The position numbers and the translations under genes are program-made. This document shows positions 12,667 to 25,681 of a stretch of 51,452 bases of DNA, one piece after another. A model generated the notes under the pieces. That model made no database searches and was not told the DNA's origin. It saw only the letters and a program-made list of their open reading frames with translations. Position 1 is the stretch's first letter. Each line of letters opens with the position of its first letter. This stretch comes from Moniliella sp. 'wahieum' (taxonomy: Eukaryota): positions 930,001 to 981,452 of the forward strand of contig RSEE01000011.1 of assembly GCA_003971905.1 (NCBI GenBank), written 5' to 3'.

Positions 12667-13294
12667 CTCGGGCCGGTTTTGGACGTTGGGGCTCCCGCGC
12701 TCCCGCGACCCAATAATGCTCTGAATTCGATCGGATCCAGATCTCATCGATCATCGTCATCGATCTCATCAATATTCAATCTCATCGATCATCAATTATC
12801 TCGCCGGCTGTCTGCCGCACCCTGGCGTTATCGCATCCACTTCTTTGCATCACGCTCACGTGCCCCCTTCGTTCACCGTTTGTTCAACTTTCAACAGGTC
12901 CACGGCTGCGCGGGCCTTCTCTGCCAAACGTCAAAACCCCTCTTCTAGCTACCCTCCCGGGTTCTCCGCGGCCGACGGCAAACTAAAGAAAGAAGCGGTG
13001 AGTGACCTCACCTGGGAGTACTGCGTACGGAGCGTGTGCTGGTGTGCCTCATCATGCATCAGCCCTTGTAGTGCCTCTGATTCTATCCCGGAGCAATCAT
13101 TAATCACGCCAAGAATCACGCGATGACGCACCATTCCTCCAATCCTTTTCATCGTATCCCCCCGTTGGCCAACTCCAGCGCCCACACCATCACTTGCCTC
13201 CATGAGCTCAGGCGGGCTCAGGCGCAGATGCGCTCCTCCATCGAACGTCCACTCATCAACTGAGAATGCAATACAAATTGGCCGTTGTATTCCA

Positions 13295-13328
13295 CTTCAG
13301 CTTCAAGCTTCAAGCTTCAAGCTTCAAG
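13295..13328. repeat. (CTTCAAG)4 perfect heptamer repeat
   Basis: cttcag, then four exact cttcaag units at 13301-13328. Confidence 0.9.
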
Positions 13329-16300
13329 CCTCGTGAAAAGCTAATCGTTTCATGAGAACCGCTTCATCCAGAAGACCGATCGTGGTGACCGTACGATCAT
13401 CGCTTTCCACCGTCAGCAATAATGGCATCCACACGCAGACTCCCCACGGTTCCCCTCTCCAGGCCCCATGTCCATCTGCCTCCCAACTACCCAGCGCGGT
13501 GCGTTGAAAATAAGATGATGTCAACGCCTAGACGCCCAATGCATCATGCGTTTTTCGGCCCTTTCATCAGCTGGATATATATAACTCTCGGTGCGGCCGT
13601 TGCCGCTTTTCCCCCGATGGTTGCGATGGCCGCATCCACACCGAAAAAACTTTTCGATACGGGTCAACGTTCAGCGTTAAACCGTCAAAACAACTCCGTT
13701 CGGCATAATATCAATCGTCTTCAGCCTAACCGGTAACCGTCGGAGCCCGGCCGCACTGCCAGTTCTCGGGCCTCACTGCCCTCTTCCGTCGGCTCAGCAG
13801 GGCTGAGTAGCTGACTGGGCTCCCGGACAAAAAATGGGTGCTTCTGATCGCCAGGGTCAGTCAAACCCGTTTTCAGCTCCTTATTGGCTGCGACGATCGA
13901 CTTTAAAAAGCGGGCCTATTGAATATTGATAGTTACATTTCGACTTCTCTGATCTTCAGGTCAAACTGGAGGCCTACGATTCCTTTTTCACGGGAAGCCT
14001 TTTGACATGCACATCATCATTCCTTGTTGAATGTAAGCTTCGGACATTTAACCCATTGGCACAACCCTCCGCTTAAATAGCTGTGCATCAGCGCTGCTGC
14101 CTTCTCATTATATTGCAATCGTGTGTGGTGTTGTTTGGACCATTTGACCATATTGGTGCGCATCAGTGACGGTGTTTTTTACCCGTCAATGTCGTCAACC
14201 TGCTGATTGAGCTGTTTCATAGTAGGTGTATTTCCAATTGGATCCCCAGCGCCATCGGAGTGATCACAGGGCGCATCAGGTTACAGATGAACGAGATGAA
14301 CTCAGTCGATGAACGATTATGAATTACTGTTCAGCGTTCATACCAATCAGGGGTCACAACCCATCAGTTTCCCTTCCTATCTAGCGTCGCATGCGCAATG
14401 TCCCCTCCCTCCCTCCCAGAAGTTATTCCGTCATGAGTTGGATGCTCGGCTATACAAGAGTAGGATAAAATGCACATGCAGTTGTTTTGTGGTTACCCCG
14501 GTCACCACAGCACTATTTTGCCTTCCCGGACACAGGCAGAACGACACCGCTTCTTCACATGTCCCAAGGAGGTGGAGCATATGTCGACAGTATACTGCAG
14601 AATCTGCCCTCTACTTCTGTCGGCATTATCATCACAGTAACTGGTTTGACTCACAGAAATCCTGACGGTAATAATTCTCTTCCTCTCAGATGTAACTAGC
14701 ACGTTCAAAGCCCAAGTTGAGACTTCCCTCTCCTGCTCAGCCTGGCCCAGCCCTCTTTTTTCAGACCTCAGGCAAGGGCCATCCATCTTCACATGCTTGA
14801 AGGGAAATTTTTTCATTGCGTCTAATGTGATAGGCTAAATCGCCACCCAAGCGCTGATCCTTCACTCTTCTGTGGAATAATAATAACTGTGCATGATAAA
14901 CCAGAAGGAGGCAAATGAAAACGTGAAAGCAAGAAGTATCGTCGACGGTCTCTTCCATGGATACATCTCATATCTCACAGAGATATCGCGGTGTCACATC
15001 AACGCACCATATCAATGACTTCCTGTCACCATGTATTCCACTTGTCTTCACCTTAGGTTGTTGTTGCTGTGTTACGCATTATCATGCCACTTTCCCCCTC
15101 CGTCTATTCATAACGTGTAGACGGCTTTATGTCAGTATGCGTGTATTCCATCGCATCTATTGTATCCTCCCAGTATCCATAAAGACCGCACTTCTTCTCC
15201 GTCGGTATGCCATCATTGACGGTATCGTCAGTCCCGTGGATTATGTTTGACGTTTTGAAGTCTATACTCAGGCTTAAACTGGGGACTATACGCAGAGTAC
15301 GCTCAGTGCTGCCTCGATATGTTAACATGACGTGTGCGCTCACTGGCATCAGGGGAAATGATTAGCGACGCATCCCTTTTCCTGTGGCGCACCTGCATAG
15401 TTGTTCTTACAGCTTTTTTCATTCATGTATAAGCACCATGCGCCCTTTGTGGCTGGTAGTATTACTGATAGCTGATGGAAGAGCTGCCATGCGGTGCCTG
15501 CGAGGCTTTCCTTTATATTCGTGTCGATACGACGGAATTTGGAAGACATTCCAGCGGTTCACCATGTCCAACGTACTATACAGCCGCCACAATTGGGTCA
15601 GACCGAAATGGACACATGAATTGTGGGGGCGCATATTAGCTCTTTTGCTCATTAGCAACCGTCGTAAACGCAGTCCCCATTCAATGAAGAGTGCCGCCCT
15701 TCGGCGACAGCAACTACCATGTGGATGTGGGGGTTGGTTAATAAGGGGGGGCACTTGGAGGTCCTTGTACCCGACGACTGAGCGTACTGAGCGCGCAGGA
15801 TGATGGCCGTGGTGAGCACCAAGTGCTCTCCACTCTCGACGTATGTACTGGGCATCCCAAGTTGGCGTCACTTGCAACATTGCATTTCGTCGACCAATGT
15901 TTCAACTATCCCGTCTCGTCCTCGCGACCATCACTTCAGCCTCTACTGGCACGCCCTTGGTGTCAAGTGCTTTGGGGGGGCGGCCATGTGCCAGGAGGAA
16001 CACATCGCCTGCATTCCCTTGGAGGATCCCAAGTCCTACTTTTGTTGCCGCCGTCGTTCCTTGCGTCCTTGCGTCCGAAATCCCATCGCTCTACCCCCCT
16101 AACTTGAGTAAGTTTCGCTGGCTGCCCTGCGCGACGCCGGGCAAAGCGTGCTGGAGAGAGACCATGCCCATCAACAAGTGGCTCCCGGGGCGCCTGCATA
16201 TGTGGTGCACGTCAACTACGCCAACTAGTGAGAGATTGGGAAAGCAGAAGATGCTGATGCCCTTGCCGTTCGCATTGTGTTGGACTCCAAATATGCTCTG

Positions 16301-17496
16301 CTGTCGTTCACTTGCTCGGCCACCATGGGGTTGGTGCCGCTCGTCCCGTTTCTAAAGCTGATGGCAGAGCCTGCATCGCCCGACTACCCGCCCACACGCA
16401 ACGACCCAACTTCATCGCACGGCCTGTGAACCTGAACCAAGTCCAACGGCTGGCCACCTGACGGGAGCACCACCTAGGTCCACCTACACATGAGCGTCTA
16501 CGGCATCTGTTGCTGGCTGTTGTTTGGGGGGCAGAGGTATCATGCGGAATGCAATGCGAGCCACTCCCGGGAGAGGGCAAAAGGCAGAAAAATTGCCCCT
16601 GCACTCCTAGGAGCGCAGGGAACGAGTATGGTAGTTTGTTTGCGTATCAGCAAAGCGCTCAACTCAGTCGGAACTTCACAGTTTGAGCGGTAAGGCCGTG
16701 CACAAGGATGGGGAAAAGAGTCAAGTTGCGACGGCGGCCAGCCGGGGTTTTATACCCTCCATCTTGGCGACACGTAGCCCCCTCACCTGGGCTCGACGCT
16801 CGACACAGAGCCTGTGCCCGGCCTCCACCCGCTCCACAATTCCGTGTGTGGGCTATTCCGCCGCCTCGGCCCATTTCGATTGCAGAGTGGTTACTAATTG
16901 GAAATTAATGGAGGTGGTTTACCCCACACTATGGGATCGTCTTCCGTTCTAGCCCCTGTGAGGAATGTCAGCCCCGCAGTCTGTTTTTTTCTGGTGTGCA
17001 ATCAAGTGCCGAGGTGTTTTCTTCGCTTCATCCATTGCCCACACGCACACAAGTATGCAAGTGCTAGACTACGTGCAGCCAATGGGAGAGGGGGAAGGGG
17101 GGCAGCGCTACCAATGAAGAGGGTGAGGCTCGATGGGATGCAACAAAGACGCAGGAGACAGGGGTAGAGAGAGGGGCAGGGAGGGCCTGTGGAAAGACCG
17201 AAAGCAAAGGCCGAAAGAGATCTGACCGTACAATACCCAACATGCGAACGAAGTGACGGGTGGTCAAACACTGAGTTAATACAGAGGTAGAAGAGAGAGT
17301 CCAGTGGGTGTGGTTGGGGGGGTGGAGAGACGCGCGTGCTGCAGCAGCCGAGCAAGACGACAGTCCTAGGGAAGGCGGTAGGAGGGAGCATACGACTGCA
17401 ATTGAACTCCTCCCCCTGTGTAGTGGGCCGGTCTTGGCATCGGGCCAGGAGGCGGATGATGAGGGTGCCCAGGTGCGCCAGGAGGGATAGAGGCCA

Positions 17497-20400
17497 TCAT
17501 CTGTACAGGTAGCTGTCGGGGTTGCAGCGAGGCCGATGGAGGTGCGGCGGGGGGGTAACCCGCCGGATGCAAAAGACGGATGAACCAGCAGAAAAGACAA
17601 TGTGTGTGCGCGACGCATGGACCGACTCCCACATCGAGTTGATTGGCGGTGGGACAGGCATCGGTGGGCCAGGAGGTCGACCAGGGGCGGACCCGGGAAG
17701 GTGGGTCATGCTTCTTCGCGAGGGTGACATGTTAGCCTCCGGTGCATATCCAGCAGACGGCCCAGTCGGGGTCCAGTATGGCTGAGCCCCGCGATACGCC
17801 TGTATCTGCGCCTGGACGTGAGATTGCTGAGTCTGGAGGTGCTGGGGTGCCATCATCTGCTGGGGTATGTTACCCGGAGGCACACTGCCTTGGAGTTGGA
17901 GGGCATGGAACTGTGCTTGTGCCGCTCGTATCGCCGCCTGTTGCGCTGGAGGCATAGGCGGCGGAACATCCGAGAATAGACACTTGATCGTGCTCCCCGT
18001 GATGACCTGGTGGAGCGCACCGGTACCCACATGATGCACCTCAATAAACGCAGGGTCAAAGGCCAGCACGTAGGGGTAGTGCAATGCAAACGCAGTAGGG
18101 TGCCCTTCCCACTGAATGAGCCACTTCCCCTTGGAGCGCCAGCCGGTCTTGTTGACGTAGAAGGCAAACTCTGAAGAAAGGGGTCAGTATTATGCAACCA
18201 AACATAAGGCACAGTGCATACGTACCGTCATAACAGAGCAGAAACTCGCGGTGAATGCGATATATGGCAATCGGCTTGAGTCCCTCTTTGCGGAAGACAA
18301 AGTCGAGCGACGTGTCGGCCGGGTCCAGAAGGGCTTGCGTGTCAAGCGTCTCAAGGTCGACAATTTCGAACCCCTTCGTAGCTGCGATACAGAGCTTCGA
18401 CTTGAGAAAGTGAACCGAAGTGGACTCCATTGGAACGTAAAATTCTTTGAACACACGAAGAGCCTCACTCTGCCCAGGCGGGCCCTGGAGCAGCTTCTGC
18501 AATCCAGGACGCTTGGCCCTGTTTCCGCCTGCTCCCTTGGGCACCGAGGCGACTGGATCGGCATATTGAGCACTGTATGGTCGTTGGTGGCGCGCCTCAA
18601 CGGGTTCAAGTGTACGGATCGTCGAGCTTGGGACAGGGGACGACTTGACCAGGCATACCAATGTCCTACCCAGACAGGTCCCTGCACGGAAGAAAGTGAC
18701 CAACCCCTGGATGCGCTTTCCCCGTTTGAGGTTGCCCAAGGGGTCTTGAGGGTCAAGCGCATCCAGCATGAACGTATGCAGGGTTCTGTCGGCCAACACA
18801 ATCAACACTTGGAACTCTTCCAGTACGTCGATCTGAGTCACGTTGGCCAAGGGCAAAACCTTAATGGGGCTGCGTGCTCGTTCTCGTAACTCAGAGAGGT
18901 AGACGCCGTCGTGCGCACCATAGATAATTCTTCGCCCAAAGTCAAAGGGCACGGCACATGAAGCGCGACGGTGAGAAGCCTGGAAGAAATGTTCGCTCAT
19001 CGGAACGGCTGAGAAAAGATTGCTCCGGGCACGCAGTGCATCTTGCCGCGCCTCGATATGTTCCATCCACTTCTGCCGCGCCACATAGGTCGATGCCCAG
19101 AGGGTAAGTGTGTACCCGTTGCGTCCCAGGCGGGTAAGAGTCAGAGCATAGCCCTGCTTGGCGTCCTGTTTCGGAGCACCCGTTACCATGACACTCTCCA
19201 ACCGTTGCCCAGTCGACAATTTGCTGGCCGACGTTTTGACTCTTGTTTGGTTGCTTTTACCTGATGAGGGCAGCTCATCATACACCGTCACAACCAGTAA
19301 CTCCAATGGAATGGGCTGTGGAAACGCAAAATTAGAATCATCCTCACATAAATATCGCAAAGAAGAGGTGGATAAACGACAAACCTTCCGTGTAACCTTG
19401 TAAAACTCTTGCTTGTTCACCGTCTTAGGCTTAGTGAGTAGCAACGCGTGATCAAACAAGAACACCTGCAGCTCTGACGACTCCGATTGAGGGCCCGCCC
19501 GTCGCTTAAGTCCACCTTGGAAGGCCAGCTCCCGCATCGGATCTCTCAAACGCAAGTCGACCGCCTCGCCCGGTTTGAACATCAGCTGTTGGTCCAGCTG
19601 GGCCAGATGGAATGTATTGGCCGATTTGCCCGTCTCGGCGTTGACTTTGGAGAGGAACCCCTTGATCATCTCAATCACCTTGGGCAAGTCTTCCTTGTCA
19701 GGACTCGAGGCAGGCGTGTGCTTCAAACACCTCTTGCAACAGGAGGGGGTACCGCGCCAGGCGGGTGACAGGTTTGGTCAAGTACCCGTTCAACTCAAGC
19801 TTGCGCCGCCGGGCGCCGCTCCGTCTCGTCCACAAAACGTGCAAACGCCAGGTTGGAAGCTTTCTCGCGTTCAAACTCATATTTCCCATACAGCTGGTGC
19901 GCGCCGTACCGGACGAAAGGCTCAAACTGGGAACGAAGGCAAGGAATATGTCTCCAATTTGGTCCATCACATAGGCGCGCTTTGGCGTGCCACCAGGGCT
20001 TCGCACAGACGTTCGTTGACGCTGAGGATTTCTTCCACATTCCAAAAGAGTTGCGTAACAAACTCCTCCCTCCGCCCACGTGGAACAACATCCGAACGAG
20101 AACGTAAGGGGACCATCCACTCGTCCCGCAGGTACTCGAGGTCATGCACAAAGTTGCGTTCCGTCAACCACTTCGTTCAGTCGCTTCTTGGCGCTTTCCT
20201 TTTCGGTACCAGCGCGAGCACCTCGGAGGGGACCGAGTCAGCCCAAAGAACACCCGGGACCTTGTCCATGTCATCCTCAAACACTTCAGCAGCCATGGGC
20301 AGCGCAGCGCGTAGCGGATGTTGCAGCTCCTGCGGGGGGCGGAATGGGCGAAGTGCCACCTTTAGCCACAAGTCCCAATGCCGGCGCAGTTGTGTTTGAC

Positions 20401-22858
20401 TGCTCAAGGGGCGTCACGCCTCCTTCTTCGTGTTCCTTCATCCGCGCCTGCTGTTCCCATCGACGCGGGCAAGTGATGGAGTAGCACAGTCGTTCAGCAG
20501 TGCACGTGGGGGAATAGCATTCGGTCAAAAGGGTGAAAACACCCGACGGGAAATCGTCTTCCTCTCCAGAGGTGGGCGATACTGGAAGCGCGCCTGATCC
20601 ATTCGACTTTTCTTACGCAGGGGATTGGACCGCGAGGTGCCCTCTGATTCGGTTTCCCCTGCAGGCGTAGGCACTGAGGATGACTCGGTACCAGTTGTCG
20701 CCGTCGAACGCAAAGTAGCAGTGCGTGGGGGGTTGTGCAAGGAACTAGATGGAACAGGAGTAGCGTGTGGGGGTTCCTCGGGCGCTGGATCTATGGCGAC
20801 GGCGGCGAGAAGCGTAGGCGCTTCTGATCCCGTGAGAGTGTGTTCGGCATCAGGGGTGATGGTTTTACCCTCATCCGAGGGGTACGAGAGCTGAGGTGCT
20901 CCAGCGGGGGCAAGACGGACCCGGAACTGGTACATCTCGTTGGGTGAGTCCCGCAGACGGTGGTCGTACGTCACGTCGTGGAAGAATTTTTGAGCATCAA
21001 GCGAACGACCAGGAGAAGTGCCAAGTTACGATCTTTGGTGCGTAGAATCAGGCACAGTTTGTTGACTGCGTCTTGCCCGTCAAACGCATCCTTGTACCGC
21101 AGCCCATCCTTGCTACGCTCCGCCACGACAATTCGCTCCTTCAGCGCTCGTGCCACTTGCGACAGTAACGCAGGGTATACCATGGCCATAGCTGATCCTG
21201 ATCCAGAAGACTTGGACTTAAGATGTCCTTTCCGGCTCTCCTCCTGGCTCGGATCGGTCAGGGCAGGTAAGCTGCTTTGTACGCTCGTTCCCGGCTCGAC
21301 AGGGATCCCATAGGGCGTAAAGGGGGTTGTGCGTAGACTGGCATGGGTGCGAGTACGAAGGGTTTCCCTCGGCCGTATCCACATATGCCGCTGCCGCATC
21401 GTTGGGGCCCAACACTGGCTCATCTCTTGTCCCCGCGTCTATCCGGGGCGACGGGGAGGCAACCAGAGGAAGGGACGGAGGGGCCTCAGGGGATGACACG
21501 GGCGCGGCGGAAGGGACAGAAAGGGTGTGGAAGATGAAACGAGCGCCGAGGCGGGAGGTGCAGTTCCTGAAGCTTCGTGAGGTTGTGGCGCCACTTGCCC
21601 GTTAGGTGGTCCCATTGTGAGGAAAGGTGACCAGAGAAGAAAGAGCGAGACTGGGAGTGACTATGGGAATGATTTGGTGGCCCACCGCAGAGCCGGTTGA
21701 GTAAGAAGGGGTTGAATCTGGTAGCGGGACTGAGGAGATGGGGGTAGGGAGTCAGAGCTCGCAGACCATGCGCGTGACTTGGATCGGACCTGGCGATCCA
21801 TTCAAGGATCCATTTGGCGCAGCCCCGCGCCAGGCGGTTGACTCGCTGATGACTTGGAGGGCGATGGGATGAGACTGATTTACCAGGGGTTCCTGGGCCA
21901 AAGGGATACCCGAGTAAGCCGAAACATCAGAAGTACCATCCGAACCGAGCGACTCGTGCCGGCTACGAGGGTCCACCCAAGAGAAGCATCCGATACACGC
22001 CGCGAATGAGGAGCCATCATGGAAGAGGGGTAAGATGGTGCCATATTGTGTTCCCAACCGACATGGACGCAGGTGTCTGCGCGGGCACGTGGTGGAGGAG
22101 AGAAAGCACTGGGCCAGGCCATGCCGATCGGCGGGACGAGTCGGGGAGAAGGGGAAGCGGAAAGGGGGCCGGGTGAGCGCTCTCGACCGACCAGGGAATC
22201 GACGGTGTTCGTGCGCCGGAGCGGGACGAGGGGCGGGGTTGGCTAGGAGCAAGAAAGCACTGTTGGATCATCGGTGAAGGGCAGGGGAGGAAGCATCGGC
22301 GCAGCGGGCGAGCCAGAAGTGGATTCTAAGGGAGGGGTTTGAGTACCTTGGTGGACGCGCCGGTGGCAGAACCTTTGGCGGAGCCTGAACCAGACTGTGA
22401 AGCCGACACCTGAGTGGTGGGAGCAGTCCAGGGGATGGAAGGGGTCTGGTACATGGCCGCCGCGCTGCCCATGGAGGAAGCGGCGAGGGAGGCGCTGCCG
22501 CTAACACTCGTGCCTGCCGAACTGGTGCGGCGGGTCTCGGTGGTGGGTGGAGGGGGGCGGCATACCAGGCGGCGGGGGTTGCGCTGAGGGGATGTGGCGG
22601 GGCCTGGGGCGGAGGAGAGGGCGGATGGGTGTAGGCGTAGGCGGCAGAGGCAGAGTACGGGGCTCGTGGCGAAGCAGGCCCGGGAGAGGCACGCCCCGCA
22701 GCCGCGTAGTGCGTGGTTGTGGGCGCAGGCCGTGGTCGGGCGGCCCCGGCGGACAGAGGGCCGGAGGCAGTGCGTCTCTGGGTGGATGCATTGCTGTGGC
22801 CTGATCCAGCGGAGGAGCGGCCAAAGATGTTCTCAAACGCAGCTGTGCGTTTGTCCAT
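17497..22858 (-). CDS. ROM2: Rho1 guanine-nucleotide exchange factor Rom2/Rgf1 (DEP-DH-PH-CNH); frameshifted, at least 3 introns
   Basis: DEP: YPALLSQVARAL..KDGLRYKDAFDGQDAV..RTKDRNLALLL..FFHDVTYDHRLRDS. GVFTLLTECYSPTC..LCYSITCPRR. DH: TERNFVHDLEYLRDEW, RRKLELNGYLTKPVTRLARYPLLL. PH: LQVFLFDHALLL. CNH: FKEFYVPMESTSVHFLKSKLCIA..GFEIVDLETLDTQALLDPAD. Start MDKRTAAFENIFGR at 22858. Introns ~22243-22346, 19316-19384, 18171-18225. Confidence 0.93.
18171..18225 (-). other. Spliceosomal intron in ROM2 CNH domain
   Basis: GTACGT donor, ACTGAC branch, CAG acceptor. Restores FLLCYD|EFAFYVNKTGWRS. Confidence 0.9.
19316..19384 (-). other. 69-nt in-frame spliceosomal intron in ROM2 PH domain
   Basis: GTTTGT donor, TCTAAT branch, CAG acceptor. 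Removal restores the conserved YKVTRK|PIPLELL. Confidence 0.8.
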
Positions 22859-23974
22859 CACGGGTACCAGGCGGCGGGGTGGCGCGGGAGAAAGAGAGGG
22901 ATTGTGGACACTCAGCACAGCATGTCGGTGGCAGTGGCGGTGGCGGTGGCGATGGCAATGGCGACGGCAGCGGCAGAGGAGGCGACGAGGAAGGGGCGGT
23001 GAAGGGGTTATCGTGGCGGCGGCGCTGCTAGTCCGGTGTTTTCGGCGTGGAGCATCAATTCGATCCCATTCCGCCTCCACCCGCTGGCCACCCACGACTC
23101 CTGAACAAAACCAACCCGTTCGGGCGACGTCATCGCACACGTGCTCAGCACCAGTCCAGTGTCCCCCACAAACCCCTACCCAGAGCATCAACCGCGCTGG
23201 GGCGCACAGAAATTATACCCCCACTCGTCGACGTTTCTCGGCCAGGGCTGTGCCGTCTTGGCTCGGAACGGTGTTTCTTCCGACGGCCTAAGACCTGCCG
23301 ACCCTTCCCCGCCATCCAACACCCGACACACCGAACAGGCACCTCCCTCTGGCCTTCCTGTTGAGTACGTTGCGTTGAACAGTTGATCGCCACTATGTAC
23401 TGCTGTGCTCCGCGACCACACCACCTGACCGGTGCAATGACATTCTCCCTTCACTGCTTCTCTGTCCACTGTATAGCCGCCTGCGATCACACACAGCTAC
23501 TAGTGTCCTGATGGGAGACGCTACAAGCTGTTGCAAGGTGGCCGCGATGTCTGATGAGAGGATAGCAATTCAATCCTCAAGAGAACTCCCAGGAAAAAAA
23601 TGAAGCGCGAAAAACGCCTGGGAGCGTAACGACCGATCCTCAGTAAGAGGACTGCAAGGAAAAAACGAAATGAACGCCTTACGATGAGGTCTCGTCGCCA
23701 TCTCGCCGTCCCCTACTGTTTCCATAAGAGATCACGATAGGGGATACATCAGGCGAGTGCGGGTAATGCTCGCCAAATAGGACAGGGATTGTGGAGGGGA
23801 CTGTGGATTGGGTCGAAATCGGCAGGGTAAGACATGAGGCATAGGATAAAGTACACGGGATGGAGACGCAAGGGAATGAGTTTTAACGCCGAGAACTGCG
23901 GGTGAGTTGCTCAAGGCAAGAAAGGAACTCCCTAAAGAAACTGCTTCTGAGAGCAAGGATGCCTCTTTGCAGAA

Positions 23975-25263
23975 TCACTCTGAGCCGGCGACCCCACTCG
24001 CTGGAACAGTCTGCGCAGACGGGCTTCCCTCGATAGCTTTGGCTTTGGCTTGGGCTGCCCTTGCCTTGGCAGCCTCGAGGGACTCGACATACGTGGCTGG
24101 GAACCAGCCGACGCGGCCATCACGTGTACGACCTTTCCACCATTGGCTTTCTTGCCCGGTAGCTGGATCGTTCTTGGTTAAAACAGCGACAATGTCATTG
24201 GGTTGCAAGCTCAGTTCGAGAGGGTCTGTAGCCGGGAAAGCGTACAGCGCACGTGCAAATGTGAGCTTGCTCAGGTCAAGCTGAGCTACTTCGGCGCCAT
24301 CCGCCTGGTTGGTGGAAGGCAGGCCGGCAGCCGCGCCAGCTGCATGGGCGTCTTGCCCAGCAATGGGCAAGCCCAAGTCAGAGGCAGCTTGGATGCGTTT
24401 ACGCTCAGCTTCTTGCTTTGCGTTGATTGCGCGTACCAGGCGGGACATGAGCCAGGGAAGGCCAATGACGCACGCGAGGAAGAACAGCAAAGGCTTCTTG
24501 TTCGGCCGTGGCTTTTTCCCACCGCCGCCACCACTGGCATGTGGCACCTTGTCCCCCACACCTGCGAATTCGCGGAACGCAGACACATCCAGTTGGGGTG
24601 GCTGGTCGATATTGCCGAGGCCAGTGAGGCGGTAGAGGGCCTGCTTAGCATACCGCACGAGAGCCATGATGCTCAGTACCCCTCCTAGGTAGTTGCGAAC
24701 ATGACCGAGTTGTTCCGCAACACCAATCATAGCGAAGAAGCTGCTGTGGGTCGCCATCAAGGTGCTGTCCAGCATCTGGCAAAGCCCCACCCAGCACCCA
24801 CGATGCTGCTGATCAGCTCAAACGTGGCCTGGGTCCCGGCCTCCATGCGCTGCGTCAGGCCGCCTTCCATACCAGGCTGGCCCATCATGCCGCCCATACC
24901 ACCGTACATACCACCGTACCCGCCCATACCGTACGAACCATAGCCGCCCATTCCGCCGTAACCCATGCCGCCGTACGAGCCAAGGCCGCCATAGCCCATA
25001 GAGCCGTACCCTCCGTATGAGGATCCATACCCTCCGTACCCGCTGCCGAGGCGTGAATAGGAGACATGCTGCTCCCCATGCCGCCGTACCCGGTCGTGCC
25101 GCCGAGGGCCGAAGTGGAGGCAACCCCCGTCGTCATCGGGTCGGCAGTGGCGGAGAGAGGCAGGACGGGCGGGCAGGTCGGGCGCAGCGGTGCTAGATGT
25201 GGTGGGCAGGTCGGACGCTCCGGTGGCGCCGGCTTGTTCCCAGGGCTTTGGAGGAGAGGGCAT
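23975..25263 (-). CDS. PEX13: Peroxin 13 (YG-rich N-terminus, Peroxin-13_N, transmembrane segments, SH3); frameshifted
   Basis: Starts MPSPPKPWE. YG repeats; LTQRMEAGTQATFELISSIVG..QMLDSTLMATHSSFFAMIGVAEQL; PNKKPLLFFLACVIGLPWLMSRL; SH3 FARALYAFPATDPLELSLQPNDIVAVL..WWKGRTRDGRVGWFPATYVE. Confidence 0.95.
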
Positions 25264-25681
25264 ACTGGGGGCAGGGGAGGAAAGCGAGGGGTGTGCTGGG
25301 GGCAACGGAGATGGTGGTGGCGAGCGGGTGACACTGCGGTCGATAGCTGCCACCCCGGCGCCACTCTTCCGGCCCCCGGCCCTCGGCTGCCACCGCCCCA
25401 CGCGCCCCAGCTGCCCCGTGCAGCGTCACTGGCCACAGCCCCTCACCGCATCCAGGTGTGAAATGCAGGCGGGTTGAAATTTCAGTTGAAATCGGCGCTG
25501 TCCTGATTAATTCGCCCCCACCTGCTTCTTTCCGCCCAAAGCGGCGGAATGGCTGTTGCACCGGTCGAAAAACAGGAAATTGCACGGAGGAAAAGGTGGC
25601 CGGACGGTCGGACGAACGGTCGCTACGAAGCAAAAAGCAAAGGCTGCCGGCCGCTCTGGGATCCAACCACCGCCCGCCACG

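Noticed and set aside
24880..25060. YGG repeats in PEX13 as a novelty
   Set aside because: This is the known conserved YG domain of Pex13.
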